This document shows positions 39,772 to 52,149 of a stretch of DNA of 64,000 nt, piece after piece; positions within the stretch are counted from its first letter, which is position 1; each line of letters starts with the position of its first letter. The translations under genes were made by a program, and so were the position numbers. This stretch comes from Malacoraja senta (lineage: Eukaryota): NCBI GenBank assembly GCA_038087875.1, contig CM075988.1, positions 12,712,001-12,776,000 on the forward strand. The letters are read 5' to 3'. The notes under the pieces were generated by a model. The model was given only the letters and a program-made list of their open reading frames with translations, was not told the DNA's origin and did no database searches.

Positions 39772-40067
39772 TGTTTAGTTTAGAGATCAGGCGCGGAAAC
39801 AGGCCCTTCGGCCCACCGGGTTTGTGCCGACCAGCGATCCCCGCACATTAACACTATTCCTTTAGGGATAATGTTTACATTTGCCAAGCCAATTAACCTA
39901 CAAACCTATAATTCTTTGAAGTTTGGGAGGAAACCGAAGATCTTGGTGAAAACCCATGCAGGTCACGGGGCGAAGGCACAGGCGGAACCCGTAGTCGGGA
40001 TCGAACCCGGGTCTCCTGTGCTGCATTCGCTGTAAGGCAGCAACTCAACCATTGCGCCACCATGACC
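39772..40067 (-). mobile_element. HE1/V-SINE-type SINE (subfamily with gcattc insert in the tRNA-like head)
   Basis: Tail, core and head gggatcgaacccgggtctcc..gctgcattcgctgtaaggcagc. Confidence 0.92.
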
Positions 40068-40135
40068 TTGTGGGAAAGGTAGCAAGAGTCATAAAGCTGT
40101 AGAGTATGGTAAGTTCTTCAGCTAACTGACAAAGT

Positions 40136-40270
40136 TTGTAAGAAGGAACTGCAGATGCTGGTTTAAACCAAAGATAGACACAAACAGCTGGAGTAAATCA
40201 GCGGGACAGGCAGCATCTCTGGAGAGAAGGAATGGGTGACTTTTCGGGTCAAGACCCTTCTTCAGACTGA
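40136..40270 (-). mobile_element. PLE pLTR half element
   Basis: Ends at cccttcttcagactg; imperfect flanks actgacaaagtt/actgatgaagtt. Confidence 0.88.
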
Positions 40271-40279
40271 TGAAGTTGC

Positions 40280-40445
40280 CTGACCAAGCTAGCCTCACTT
40301 GCCTGTGCGCTGCCCATATCTCTCCAAACCTTTTCTGTCCATATACCTGTCCAGGTTTATTTCAAATATTGTAATTGTTCCCACCTTTACCATTATCTCT
40401 GGAAGCTGTTTCCATCTATGCACCACCCACTGTGTGAAAATGCCA
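40280..40445 (-). mobile_element. CR1/HER1-like LINE 3' fragment
   Basis: Translation FTQWVVHRWKQLPEIMVKVGTITIFEINLDRYMDRKGLERYG. Confidence 0.85.
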
Positions 40446-42054
40446 GTGGATAATGCTTCCATGAAGGCTTTATCTGAAATGTTGGGAACATTACTGAATT
40501 GCACCCTAAATTGGTCCTAAAATGCACCATTCATTGATTTCAATTCATTATTTAAATATTGGTTGGACTCTTCCGTTCATGTCTTCCACTGTCTATATAT
40601 CAGTTAATTCTCCCTGCATAAAGGCACGCACCAGTCAGATCAAAGCAGGTGAATAGAACCAGTGATTGCCATGACAGATTGTGTGCTACCGCCATCTCTT
40701 CTTTGATGAGTTGATCAAAAACATTTTTCACAAACCTTGAATGCGATCTTTGTAGGGCTGTCATGTTTTTTGTGACGTGACTTGCAACATGTAATGAGAC
40801 TCTCTTGTGATGGCAATGTTTCTTGAGGAGTTTGTGATAACCCTGCATTGAAGTGAGATGCCAAAATATTCACGATCAACAAACAAAATAGCTGTGCACC
40901 AAGCTTTGACTTGACTGCCATTATTATTGCGTGATTCAGCCTGGAGGCAATAAATGTTACCTTGCAAATCGCAAATTGCAGTTTGTGAAATGGCACTTTG
41001 CTGTTAATTTCCCTGTGAAATTCTTAAAGTTGCTGCATTTTCTTATTAATTGTTCATTAAGTCAGGTAATCAATACAGCAGCCATTTTGACCATGTCATG
41101 ATTGTTAAGGATTGCTAATTAATCTTTCTAACCATGTAAGTGAACAAACCTTTTCTTGCTTTCAAGTTGTAAATTTCTTAAAAAGAAAGATTAAAATAAA
41201 ACTTTTTTTGTTTATTTTACCCTTACTTTGTTTATTGTTTTTCTCTCTGAATCTAATTCTTCTTCCTCTCTCCTTATTTCTAGTTCTACATCAATTTAAA
41301 TCTTCCTCTTCGTCAGTACTTGATCATTAAATCTCATTGTCTCCATTGTTTAGCCATGTCAAGATTACTTGTTTCTATTGCTGCACCATTATTGGTCGAC
41401 ACTTTGGGCTTTTTTTAAATGGCAGATGAATATGCGGGAATAAATAATAACAGCACAAAGTGGTCTGTTCCAACAAACTCTGCCAACATATTTTCAACAA
41501 GGGAAATGGGTGAATTGAAATTGGACCATGATAGGATTTATTATTACCTGCACCTTCTTCTCTCATCTTGGGTTTGCTGTTCTGTATATGGACTGATAAA
41601 GGACTATGTGCTATACCACAGAGAAAGGGAACTTCTTCTCAAAGGTGAAAATATAAATGATGAGTGTCCAAATCAAACTGCTCAAGGAAGTGAGCAGACT
41701 CAGCAGCATTTGTGTGGTCTCAACACAAAATGTTGACAATTTGTCCTCACCACAGATACTGTTTAACATATTCCAGCTCCACAGTATCTACACTCTTATT
41801 TCTCCAAAATTATGAAGGTGCCCTACGTACTTGAGATTCAAAAGTTGTGCAAGTTATTGCTGGTGCTGCAACAGTTTTAACTTCTGAGATTATGAAACTT
41901 CATAGTTCCATTTCGGTACATATGACAATAAAACATTCTCGACTCTCTCTTTCACAATCCTATGCTCCCCTTCTAGGGATTGGACACGATGGCTAAAGAG
42001 TTGTTTAATGGAAGTTAACATTCCTTGATGTCTTAAAAGAAGACTTTCATTCTG

Positions 42055-42866
42055 TGTCGCAGAGTGCGCGTGGGTTCAAGAGTCAAGATGTAAATTGCTC
42101 GTTCTAAGCTTCCCCCAGTCAAAAATCACTGAATCAAGCACTTGTACAACTAATCTTTATTTTGACAAAACACAATTACAGTTCAACTACTGTACCTATC
42201 CCACCGCGAGTTCGATCCTCGTATCTGCTTGATCAAGTCCTCTAGGCCTCGCTCGTACAGAGACACTCCAGAAGGTCGCGCAGTCCCCAGCGTACTCCCA
42301 GAAGATCGACTTGGACCTCGTAGCTATGGACTTTTATAGGTCCCGGGACCTCGAGGGGCCGAACCACATGGAGGTGGTCTCTGAACAATCCAATTACAGA
42401 TATCGATTAATCCCATACATAACAGACATTTCCCTCACCCAATAATACAGCAACTTAATACATTGTATTCAAACAGGACTTTGCAAGGAAGCCAACTTAG
42501 AAACATTTACCCTGATCTGCACGAAACCCAGACATGGCTCAATACCTCATCCAATCAACACTCGGCAAAGTAGAACTCTGCAACATTATTTACAATTATT
42601 TGCAAGGTGTATGTCTGGTTTGCAGCCATCCAATCCATTCTATGCATTGTGCACCTAATTGGCAGGGTCTGCAGATGTTCTTATTCTTTTCTTGCAACTT
42701 GTATCTAGGCTCTAGACACACTGGCACCACTCCGCAGCTTGTCCCAGTTCTGCAGAGAGCAATTCCAAATTCACCAAATCTCCCAGCAGCCCTGAAGCTT
42801 TTACCCCATTTTAAAGTCCTAGCCTCTCCAATTTGGCCAGGATTAACAAAGAGAGTTAAGAGTACA
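42055..42866 (-). mobile_element. Probable ERV/LTR-retrotransposon LTR with adjacent polypurine tract
   Basis: TG...CA ends; on the minus strand PPT aaaaagagggagggcgaggga immediately precedes TG (42887-42867), ATTGG boxes (about 42441, 42392), TATAAAA (42338-42332), AATAAA (42161-42156); CpG-rich. Confidence 0.6.
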
Positions 42867-43179
42867 TCCCTCGCCCTCCCTCTTTTTGATGACACTGCTT
42901 GTAAAACTCTTCTGTTTTGTCCCTCATGTATTTGCATTCACCTGCCATGAAATTGGTTCTTGGCGCCCTCCCTCTGTTTTGGAGATGGCGTGAGTTACAA
43001 TGGTCTGTGCTTTGCTTTGTGGCTTGTTGAGTAAGGAGATCTCAGCCATTGCAGACCAGATCTTGAGTTGATATTAAATCCAAGCAGGAAATACAAGACA
43101 AGTTAATATGTATTGATCTGGATTGATGTATGTTGCCGTGCAATCCGATTTTGCAATCTATGAACACCGTCCAGCAACG

Positions 43180-43500
43180 TGGGGTGCAGCCATTAGTGTA
43201 GCTATCTCGCAGCTCCAACAATCTGGCTTTGGTTCTGACCTCTGATACTGTCTGTCTGGAGTTAGCATGTTCTCCCTGTGATCACGCAGGTTCCCCCGAG
43301 TGTTCCGGTTTCCTCTCACATCTGAAAGTGGCACTGGTTGATGGATTAACAACCACCTGTAAATTACCCCTTGTGTAGCTGGCTGGTGGGGGAATCAGGG
43401 GGTGTTCATGGTGACATGTGAGAGAAGAGATGAATAAGTAGGAAAAGATGACTGATGGGCAGCATAGATTCATTGGGTCAATAGCCTCTTCTGCCCTAAG
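43180..43500 (+). mobile_element. Older V-SINE-type SINE
   Basis: tgtctgtctggagttagcatgttctccctgtgatcacgcagg...ggtttcctctcacatc. Confidence 0.8.
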
Positions 43501-44409
43501 AAAATATATGAAAGGAGGAGTGTAGACCATCAACTTTCACATAAAGATAAAACAACAATTCCACTGTAATAATTGGCTACACTTTTATTGTTTGTGCAGT
43601 GGTTCTCTATTAAAACGCATGTTGTACAACATCCAAAATTCTATAAAATATTTAAGGGGAAATATAAGACTATTAAAATCTTTAATTATGTTGAGACATT
43701 AAAAGGCTTTTAGCAACATTGGAAAATGGCTTTGTACATTAATTTCACTTCAGAATATATATTATTCAGGTGTTTACGTTCATTGCAAAAGGCATTTATT
43801 TCCATAAATCTCATATTTAATATATGTTCAGTTGCATTGTTCTTTGGTGGACTCGTCAGCAGTGGGGAAGCTAATACTATGATGTTCTTGGTTTTGCAGT
43901 CAGTGCTTTATGAACAACGCATGTCAATTCTTTTATTGGAGCTTTAAACAACAACACTCTATCAAAAGGCATCGGCAGGGCATTTGAAATCTCAGCCAAA
44001 CAATCTATATCCTTGAATAATTTTATCAAAGCTTTCTTATTCAAGTGTCCATGTCCACAAAATATGTCAGTTGTGCTGAATGTGTTATATAGTAATGTCA
44101 TTGACATTAATGGAAATGGAGCACAGTGCACAGATGAAAATAATGATTTCAGAGTAACTGACCTATGGTAAAGTTTAAGCAGAATAAATCAGGAAATGCA
44201 AGCAAAAATATATTCAATTCAATGTAAAATCATTCACACAAAACTAAGTAGAGTAAGCGAAAAGATAATGGAAATGAAAGCAAAACATGACATTAATTTT
44301 AATCTTCATTATCTGCATGTTACTTCATCATTTCATCTAATTAAGGGAAATTATTTCAGAAGAACATTGGCAGTATACATACTGCACCTTTTTTTCCCCC
44401 TCTTAGCAC

Positions 44410-44790
44410 AGATATCTAGAATCAGGGAGTATAGATTAAGGAGAAAAGGTAAGATTTAGAAGGGATTTCAGATAGGTTTTTCTTTATCCAGAGGGGAGTT
44501 GAAATCTGGAACACACTGCCTGGGAATTATTTAAATGAGCACTTGAAGTGCCACAGAACCGAGTTACAGGCTGAAGCTGGAAATCAGGGAAATGTATTCA
44601 CAAGGAGCTGCAAGGAGCTGCAGATGTTGGTTTCCAAAAGAAGACACAAAGTGCTAGAGTAGCACGTCAGGTCAAGCAGCATCTCAGGGGAACGTGGTCC
44701 ATTTTCTCTCAAGTTGCAGCCTTGCTGGAACGTAGGATTTGCTACTTAATGGCCAGAATGAACACAACAAAGTGCTTGCTTCAGTTCTTC
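44410..44790 (+). mobile_element. Old CR1 3' end with nested PLE fragment (about 44599-44725)
   Basis: ccagaggggagttgaaatctggaacacactgcctg; insert caaggagctgcagatgttggttt...agacacaaagtgct. Confidence 0.65.
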
Positions 44791-45043
44791 ATGGCACTGT
44801 GCTTTTTTCTTTAGCAACATCCCACTCATAATGTCCTCTGATCATATGTGCGCTGTATTCCAAGCACGGGGCAAATTTACCTGAACTCTGTTTACAAGAA
44901 AGCTGGTTAGAGTCGATGCAACACTGACATTACACACTGCTTAAGGTTTCTTTGTACCCGTACCGCATCCCCTTGCGCATATAAGCAATAAACTCAACAT
45001 GACTTGACTTCCCACCATTGAGTCCTTGGAATTTAATACTGAG

Positions 45044-45765
45044 TTCAAGGTCAGTTTAAGGTTTCAAGGTCAGTTTATTGTCACATGTACCAGTTAAGGT
45101 ACAGTGAAATTTGAGTTACCATACAGCCAAACTAAGTCAAAAGCAACAAGACACACAACCACATAAAAACTATCATAACCATCCATCACAGTGGATTCCA
45201 CATTCCTCACTGTGATGGAAGGCAATAAAGTTCAATCTTATTCCTCTTGTTCTCCCGCGGTAGGGGAAGTCAAACAATCCGCAGTCGGGGCGATCAAAGC
45301 CCCCGCAGCCACGATCAAAGCCCCCATCGGGCAGTTGAAACTCTCTCTGCGGCATGGAGTTCCCGAGTCGGACTCTTTTACCAGAGACCGTGGGCGTCAC
45401 GATGTTAAAGTCCACAGGCCCCGCGGTTGGAGCTTTGATCCCCGACAAAGGGATCGCAAGCTCTGCGATGTTAAAATTCCGCACACTCCTGCGGCTTGGA
45501 GCACCTGCCGGTCTGCAGGAAAGGCCGCCAACTCCATGATGTTAGGCCGCAGTGGAGACAGAGATACGATGCGGAAAAATATTGTATGTCTGACAAGGTA
45601 TGAGATTGAAAAAAAGTTTTCCCCAACCCCCACCCCCACCCCCCACACATAAAACAAACCAAAGAACACTAAAACATACTTTTTAACACATACTAAAAAT
45701 AGCAAAAAGAAGAAAGGACAGACAGACTGTTGGCGATGCAGCCACTGCAGGTGGCACCACCCCGG
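45044..45765 (-). mobile_element. GC-rich non-autonomous retroposon, full length
   Basis: Colinear with 31974-32694 from tail to 5' end. Confidence 0.88.
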
Positions 45766-46124
45766 ACTTAAGCAAAAGACTATGATTTCCATCCATTCTA
45801 TGGGATTTGCTGATATTGAGAGAGGTTCAAACTATTCTCAATGCCTTGTTAATTGTGGCACAATTGCCAGGGGAATTGCCTCTCAGCTCCACCTGAAACA
45901 ACATTGTTTTAATTACTTTTTTTATATGGCTGGAAATAAGAATCAGAGGAAATCTTCTGGTGTTCCTATGGAAGGCAGAGTGAATTAACTCAAAGATAAT
46001 CAGCTGAATAAATTGCTCTAATAATACACTTTGCCTGCAAGACTTAAAACAAGAATGCCTCCGGAGATCTCCTGGGAGGGTACCTGTAGTACAGTTAGAT
46101 TGAGAGAAAACAATAAAAAATATG

Positions 46125-46700
46125 GAAATTATTTCAGAATGCTGAGATCAAAATGTGAATGCTGCAACTGACCAACGATTCAGGTAATGTTTGTGGTATA
46201 AGAAACATATTTAATATTACTGCTGGTTATCCCAACAGCATGACCAGCTAGTTCTGATATAAGCAGAAAAATCGACTTACCTGAAATTGTTGAACTCAAT
46301 AATGAGTCACGAAGGTTGCAGAATGTGATGCACTGGCCTTCAAGCTTACAATATGCCTCTAGAAGGCCACAGGCAGATAGTTAAAGTGGGATTGGGGTGG
46401 ATAATTCAAGTGCCAGTCAACCTAGGGAAGCTTAAAGTTGCCCCTGTGCATTGAATGGAAGAGCTTCATAAAACTGCCACCCAGTCTGTGTTTGGCTTTT
46501 CTAATGCAGACAGGGCACGTTGTGAGCCTTGACAGCAATACTTTAGCTAGGAGGAAATGCAAGTAGGTCACTGCTTCATGTGAAAGGACTTTTTGAGATC
46601 TGGATAGTGAGAAGAAGCACACTACAAGGTCTTGCATTGGAAAAGGCTGAAAGATGAATAGTTGGTGGAGAAGGAAGAGCAGACGAAGGAGTCACAAAGG
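46125..46700 (-). mobile_element. Old PLE remnant (GIY-YIG region plus 3' end), left arm
   Basis: CPVCIRKAKHRLGGSFMKLFHSMH..KLP (cf. YIGETKRRLGDRFAEHL); ORF-end motif cttacctgaaattgttgaactcaat. Confidence 0.65.
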
Positions 46701-46719
46701 CAAGGTGTCTTCTTTTTTC

Positions 46720-47490
46720 ATGAAGAATGGGCAACAGACTTTGACCACAACTAATCATTTTCCACAATATGCTCTTAAATGCTATCCTCTCAGCCAGACC
46801 AAGGTTAGGGTTCCTCTTGACTTCATCTTCCACCACCTCAACCTTGACATTGAATTAACCTTCATGCCTTTCACCACCTTCAAGGAGATTACCTGCATAG
46901 CCTCGCCTCCCCTCCCAGTGCCCTGAAGTGAACTGAACAATTCCCTTTGCATTTCTCTGATCTGCTCTTCCATCTTTACTAACCATTCAGCAATTCATTT
47001 ACACTTCAAATCTAGTTGATTGCATTCCACGTTCATGATAAATCCCCCTCTATCTTGGAGAATCAAAATGTCAATTGATTGATTGCTTTCGACAGCACAT
47101 CCATTCAGTTCATAGGATCAAGCCTATTTTCCCTGTTGTTGTCATTTTATTTCTCCATTCCACTCTTTTATTTTCTTTCACTCTCTCAAACGGCCTCATT
47201 AATCTGTTAGCCAGACAGTGTAGTAATCAACATTATCACCTGGACAATCATAGACTTTTCCTTTCAGACTTTCCTCTCGTATTTAACCCTCCCTCATCCA
47301 CTCTGGAATTTAAAACTAATTAGTTTTTTTTTTTACCAGTTTGGACAAGAGATCTGCAACTTACAATGTTAACTATGTCTCTCCACAGATGCTGCCTGCC
47401 TAACAACAGCTTTTCACTGTACCTCAGTATTCCTGAGTGTTCCCAGCATTTTCTGTTTTTATCTCGGGTTTGCAGCATCTGCAGTTTCTT
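46720..47490 (+). mobile_element. Old PLE remnant (linker, GIY-YIG, 3' end), right arm
   Basis: KVRVPLDFIFHH (cf. RVPLVLTFHP), PLYLGESKCQLIDCFRQHIHSV; pLTR tail ctctccacagatgctgcc...cagcatctgcagttt. Confidence 0.7.
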
Positions 47491-48919
47491 TTAACTTTCA
47501 ATCGCTGGCTGCAGTTGACCTCACTTTAAGTCCCACATTGATAAACACAAGACAAGGTATTATGTTAGAATGCCTCGGTTATTAATAAAATAAAAAACAG
47601 TTAGTATTTGAAAAGTAGTTAGTTTAATTGTGAGGTCTAAATCACTGTGACAGTTTAATACTCGGTATTTTATGATGAAATTAATCTGTGAGAAAATAAT
47701 ACTAAGCATTAAAGGAAAGAATTTACCTTGTAAATGTGTACTCACTCCAGGGAAGTTGATAATTTGCTGTTCTGCACATTTTTTGTTTACAAATCTAATG
47801 CATAAGTTTATGAGCTCATAAATTCAGAGTAAAAGGTGCAGAACTCCATGGGCTAAAGCTGATTAAAGTTTTTCTCTCTTATAAGTCTTTGCTCCACTCC
47901 TGATGTTATTTAGATAATCCACAATAGCAAAGCTAAATCTCTTTGCCTTCATTTTGTTTATTATCTCGGCAGTCTGAGTTATCATCCTAATCAATGGGTA
48001 TGAACCTTGGCTGTTAGCCACTGCTGACTTTGCAGATCTTTATTGTGTAAAATATCCCTCATAACTCACTGCTACCTCCTTTCGGAGAGCCTTTCCCAGC
48101 AACAGGACAGCTCAAATTAATCCTTCTACAAAAATGTGGTAATAGTTTGTCCCTCGTCAGCTTCTATTCCCCAATGATACAATTCTTCCTGGCGCTGTCA
48201 CAAGATGGAATGTGTTAGTGAGTGAGGATAAGCTCCAGAGAATTGCTTGACAGCCCAAGAACTTGCCCACCTCCACCGGGTGCTTCAGTAAGTGGAGAAT
48301 TAGGTTATTAGCGTTTTAATAACGGATGAGCCCTTTGCTGAGCAACAGTTGTTTGGAATAGTAATCCAGTATGTGACATTATTTCCCCAAAATGAATATC
48401 CAGCTCTGCTTTAATGGCTGGTCGACAGGTTGTATCCTCTCTAAGTTCTCTATCGCTGGTTCATTGGATGTAGTTATGAATCAGGGAAGTACTTGAGCAT
48501 GGAATCGTGTATCGTGGAATATACAACATTTGAAGCCGTGTTTTTTTTGTGTTTTTGAATGGGTGGGGTGAGGAGAGAAGAAAAAAATTCAATGAATCTG
48601 CTGATGGAGTTGGCTAAGTTAGAGTTGAATTCAGACAACTCAGTCGGCAGATTCATTGATGTATTTTTTTCTACTCTTCTCATCAAGTCTTGCTTCCTCT
48701 TGACCAGAATTTGCTGCCTCTGCAATGTCACCCACACTTAGCACCTGCATAAAGACCAATTGATTACTTAACTGATGTTCATTCTTCCGGCTCTGATAGA
48801 CTTTTCCCAATTGAAAATAATGAAGCCCTAAGCTGTGTAACATTGTCTTGCAAGTGTGACAATGTTCAGAACAAGTCCTATCTGAGAAAGAGCTAGGGGA
48901 AAATAAAAACACCCAGGAA

Positions 48920-49122
48920 AGGTCATAAGGGTAGAATTAGCCCATTCGGCCCATCAAGTCTACTTCACCATTCAATCATGGCTGATCTATCTCTCCATCC
49001 AAACCCCATTCTCCTGCCTTCTCCCCATAACCGTACTAATCAAGAATCTGGTTGCTCAACACTTAAACTCCCCCTCCCCCTCCCATTCCCACGCAAACCT
49101 TTCTGTCCTGGGTCTCCTCCAA
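48920..49122. mobile_element. CR1 tail (minus) fused to a short PLE endonuclease fragment (plus, about 49049-49122)
   Basis: CR1 tail motif followed by VAQHLNSPSPSHSHANLSVLGLL. Confidence 0.75.
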
Positions 49123-49399
49123 TAATTCAAAACTAGAAATGATTGAAAATAAAATAAATTGCTAAAATAAGCAGTGCAAAGTTAAATTAAATCAAAATGT
49201 TGAAATGAGCATTTATTGCCCTTCTCCTTTGCAGCCATTTCTCACTGTTCAAATGAATGGACGTCCTTGTCCCAGATCAAAAATAAAGTCACAGAAGGCA
49301 GATTTCCATAGCTGGGTAATTTAGACATGTTTGTGTTTTGCTGTTGATTTAGTTGGAGCTACAACACTGGAAAGAGGCAGAAGCATTGCTAACATGGTC

Positions 49400-49695
49400 T
49401 TTAGAGATATGCTGCATGGAGACAGGCCCATCAGCCCACTGAATCAGCACCAAAACTGATCACCCTGTATGTTAGCACTATTCTACACACTAGGGACAAT
49501 TCACAATTTTATGGAAACCATTTAACCTACAAACCTGTACGTCTTTGGAGGGTGTAAGGAAACTGGTGCACCTGGAGTAAACCCACGTAGTCACAAGGAG
49601 AACGTACAAATTCCGTACAGACAGCACCTGTGGTTAGCATCGACCCTGGGTCTCTGGCACTGTAAGGCAGCAACTCTGCAAAACTGTGGCACCCT
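49400..49695 (-). mobile_element. HE1/V-SINE-type SINE
   Basis: Tail, core and head. Confidence 0.88.
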
Positions 49696-50534
49696 AAGCT
49701 TTGAATTGATACTGGGTAAATGCTAAAAGTTCAGCATGTAGCTGTAGGCACGCTGCACCAAGTTCTGGTCCTATTGTAGACAACCCAACTTACTTTATGA
49801 TAATAAACTAATTTCCCTCATTGATTAGGTTGGAGTAAAACTATTTTCAATGATATAGTGCTCAACAGAGGTTCCCCAACTATTGAAATATTGTGGGGAT
49901 TGATCAAAACCGTGGCCCCATTTTTAGGCTAGGAACTTCAGAGCAGTGGTTTATGGAGGTGGAGATGTGTGCATTAATGGAATGTACAAAAACCAGAGTG
50001 GATGGTGTGGAGAATTAGTTCCGCAGGGCACAAGGCTAGAGGAGGCTATTGGGAAAGGCCAATGAGTGATAAAAACTTGTTAACGTGAGAGAATTTGTAG
50101 CAGTGCAAGCCAAGCACAGGAGTGAGTGCCAGCAAAACCTAGTGAGGAAACAAGATTGGGAGCAAAGTTTCAGATAAGTAATGGGAAGATTGTGTTTGGA
50201 GTTGTCAAGATGATAGACATGGATTTGAAACCTATCAACTGGGTCTGCATGCGATCCTTATCCCTCCATTCAAGCCATAAAAGCTTTTTATTTGAAAATA
50301 ATTGTTTCCAAATGTCCAATGAATTACTGTAAACCACCTCCTCACAATTTCAGGCAATCATTAGTCAACAGGAGCTCATGGTGTTTAGTTATTTACAATG
50401 AAGGTGCCATTCCTTTCTGATTTCACTCTTCACCATTTTATGCCTCGAGTTTATGAGGCTATATGGCTATTTAGCAATGTGGGGTGTTAATCGTTTTGCC
50501 ACTGACACATGCACGTTTGCTAGCTTGTTTCTAA

Positions 50535-52118
50535 ATGAACAACAAACCACTTCACCGTCTCAGGGTACTGGCTGCACATGTCATTGGATGCCTTCTGAGA
50601 ACACCACTGCTTGGGAGGTGACGACACAAATTGTCAACATTCCTGTTTCATTCTGTGAAGGATGAGTGGTTTCAACCCATAAACTTGACAGCCGGAATCA
50701 CCACAAACACTGGTGCTAATGGAGAAGTCTGGACAGGAAGTTGATTTTCACTCAGTGAAAATTGGGGACAATTCTCTGGGGAAGCAGAGACCAGAAACCT
50801 CCATTGTCAGAGTAAGGCGAAACGCAAATCTCATATTTTGCTTGGGCAGCTTACTGCCCAGTGGTATGAATATTGATTTCTCTAACTTCAGGTAGCCGCA
50901 GCATTCCTTCTCTCTCCATCCCTCCCCCACCCAAGTAGCCCTAATCTCTTGTTTGCACCCTACAAACAGCTACCAATGGCCTGTTTCCTTTAACATTGGT
51001 ACTGTTTTGCATATCTTTCATTCATTGTTCTTTATCTCCCTACATTACCATCTATATCTCTCGCTTCCCTTATCCCTAACCAGTCCGAAGAAGGGTCTCG
51101 ACCCAAAATTTCACCCATTCCTTCTCTCCAAAGATGCCGCTTGTCCCGTTGAGTTACTCCAGCATGTTGAGCCTATCTTCAACCAGAAACCATTGCTGGA
51201 GTTGCAGTTCGTTTCTTCAACCATTTGCTCACTCCGTTAGCAATTTAATTTGTGTGAAGCTCATTGAAATGAATATAATGCAGGAAAATCTTTGTCTGAA
51301 TAGATTTTCATATTTTAATATTTGAGGAGCACAAAGGCCACACTTTCAATCAGATGGATTATTCTAAATGTATTTCACTTTTTTTTCCCCCACACTGTCC
51401 ACCATTCTTGCCCAGTCTCTCGCATGTAACTTAATTTATTGAAGATATTTGAAATAGGATGATTTAACAAATAGAAAGGTATAATATTGAGCTCTGAAAG
51501 TACTCTCAATTTACCAAGTAAAATTGAAATGGATTATCCAGGAGAAGTTGTGCAATAATCTAGCAATCAACTCGAGTCAATATTGATTAAGGTGAAGGAG
51601 ATCCAGTTGGATCAACTTGTTTGGAGGAAATGGTTTGAGTAAAGTTTTTAGTTTGTTTTATTTTATTATTGTCACTGCCCAGTGAACTTTTATGACTTTG
51701 TTGGCTCCAGAAACGTGCACTGTCTAGGTGAGGTCTGCAGTATGATTTTACCGGGTTGTATGCAAAACAGCCCACTGGGCAGTAAGCTGCCCAAGCGAAA
51801 TATGAGATGATGTTCCTCCAATTTGCGTTTCGCCTCACTCTGACAATGGAGGTTTCTGGTCTCTGCTTCCCCAGAGAATTATCCCCAGTTTTCACTGTGT
51901 GAAAATTAACTTCCTGTCCAGACTTCTCCATTAGCGCCAGTGTTTGTGGTGATTATCCCAGCTGTCAAGTTATTGGGTTGAAACCACTCATCCTTCACAG
52001 AATGAAACAGAAATGTTGACAATTTGTGTCGTCACCTCCCAAGCAGTGGTGTTCTCAGAAGCCATCCAATGACATGTGCAGCCAGTACCCTTAGACGGTG
52101 AAGTGGTTTGTCGTTCAT
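50535..52118. repeat. Inverted duplication, arms 50535-50864 and 51772-52118
   Basis: Arms are reverse complements over about 330 bp with a few substitutions and two indels (14 and 3 nt). Confidence 0.95.
50799..51215 (+). mobile_element. PLE 3' fragment: endonuclease C-terminus, 3' UTR, decayed hammerhead and pLTR tail
   Basis: LHCQSKAKRK..LIFCLGSLLPSGMNIDFSNFR* followed by ccgaagaagggtctcgacccaaaatttcacccattcc at about 51085; links the short family to a PLE ORF. Confidence 0.9.
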
Positions 52119-52149
52119 GTGTCACTATACCTGGGTACATTTGACAATA

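Noticed and set aside
45173..45792. Clusters of 100-170 aa ORFs here and at 32014-32518, 53397-54112 and 63400-63938
   Set aside because: GC-rich repeat bodies have few stops, and the frames are not conserved between copies.
48839..48868. Short 8-9 bp hairpins (also at about 9592, 24461 and 26677) and small tandem duplications (23433, 25629)
   Set aside because: Within chance expectation for 64 kb.
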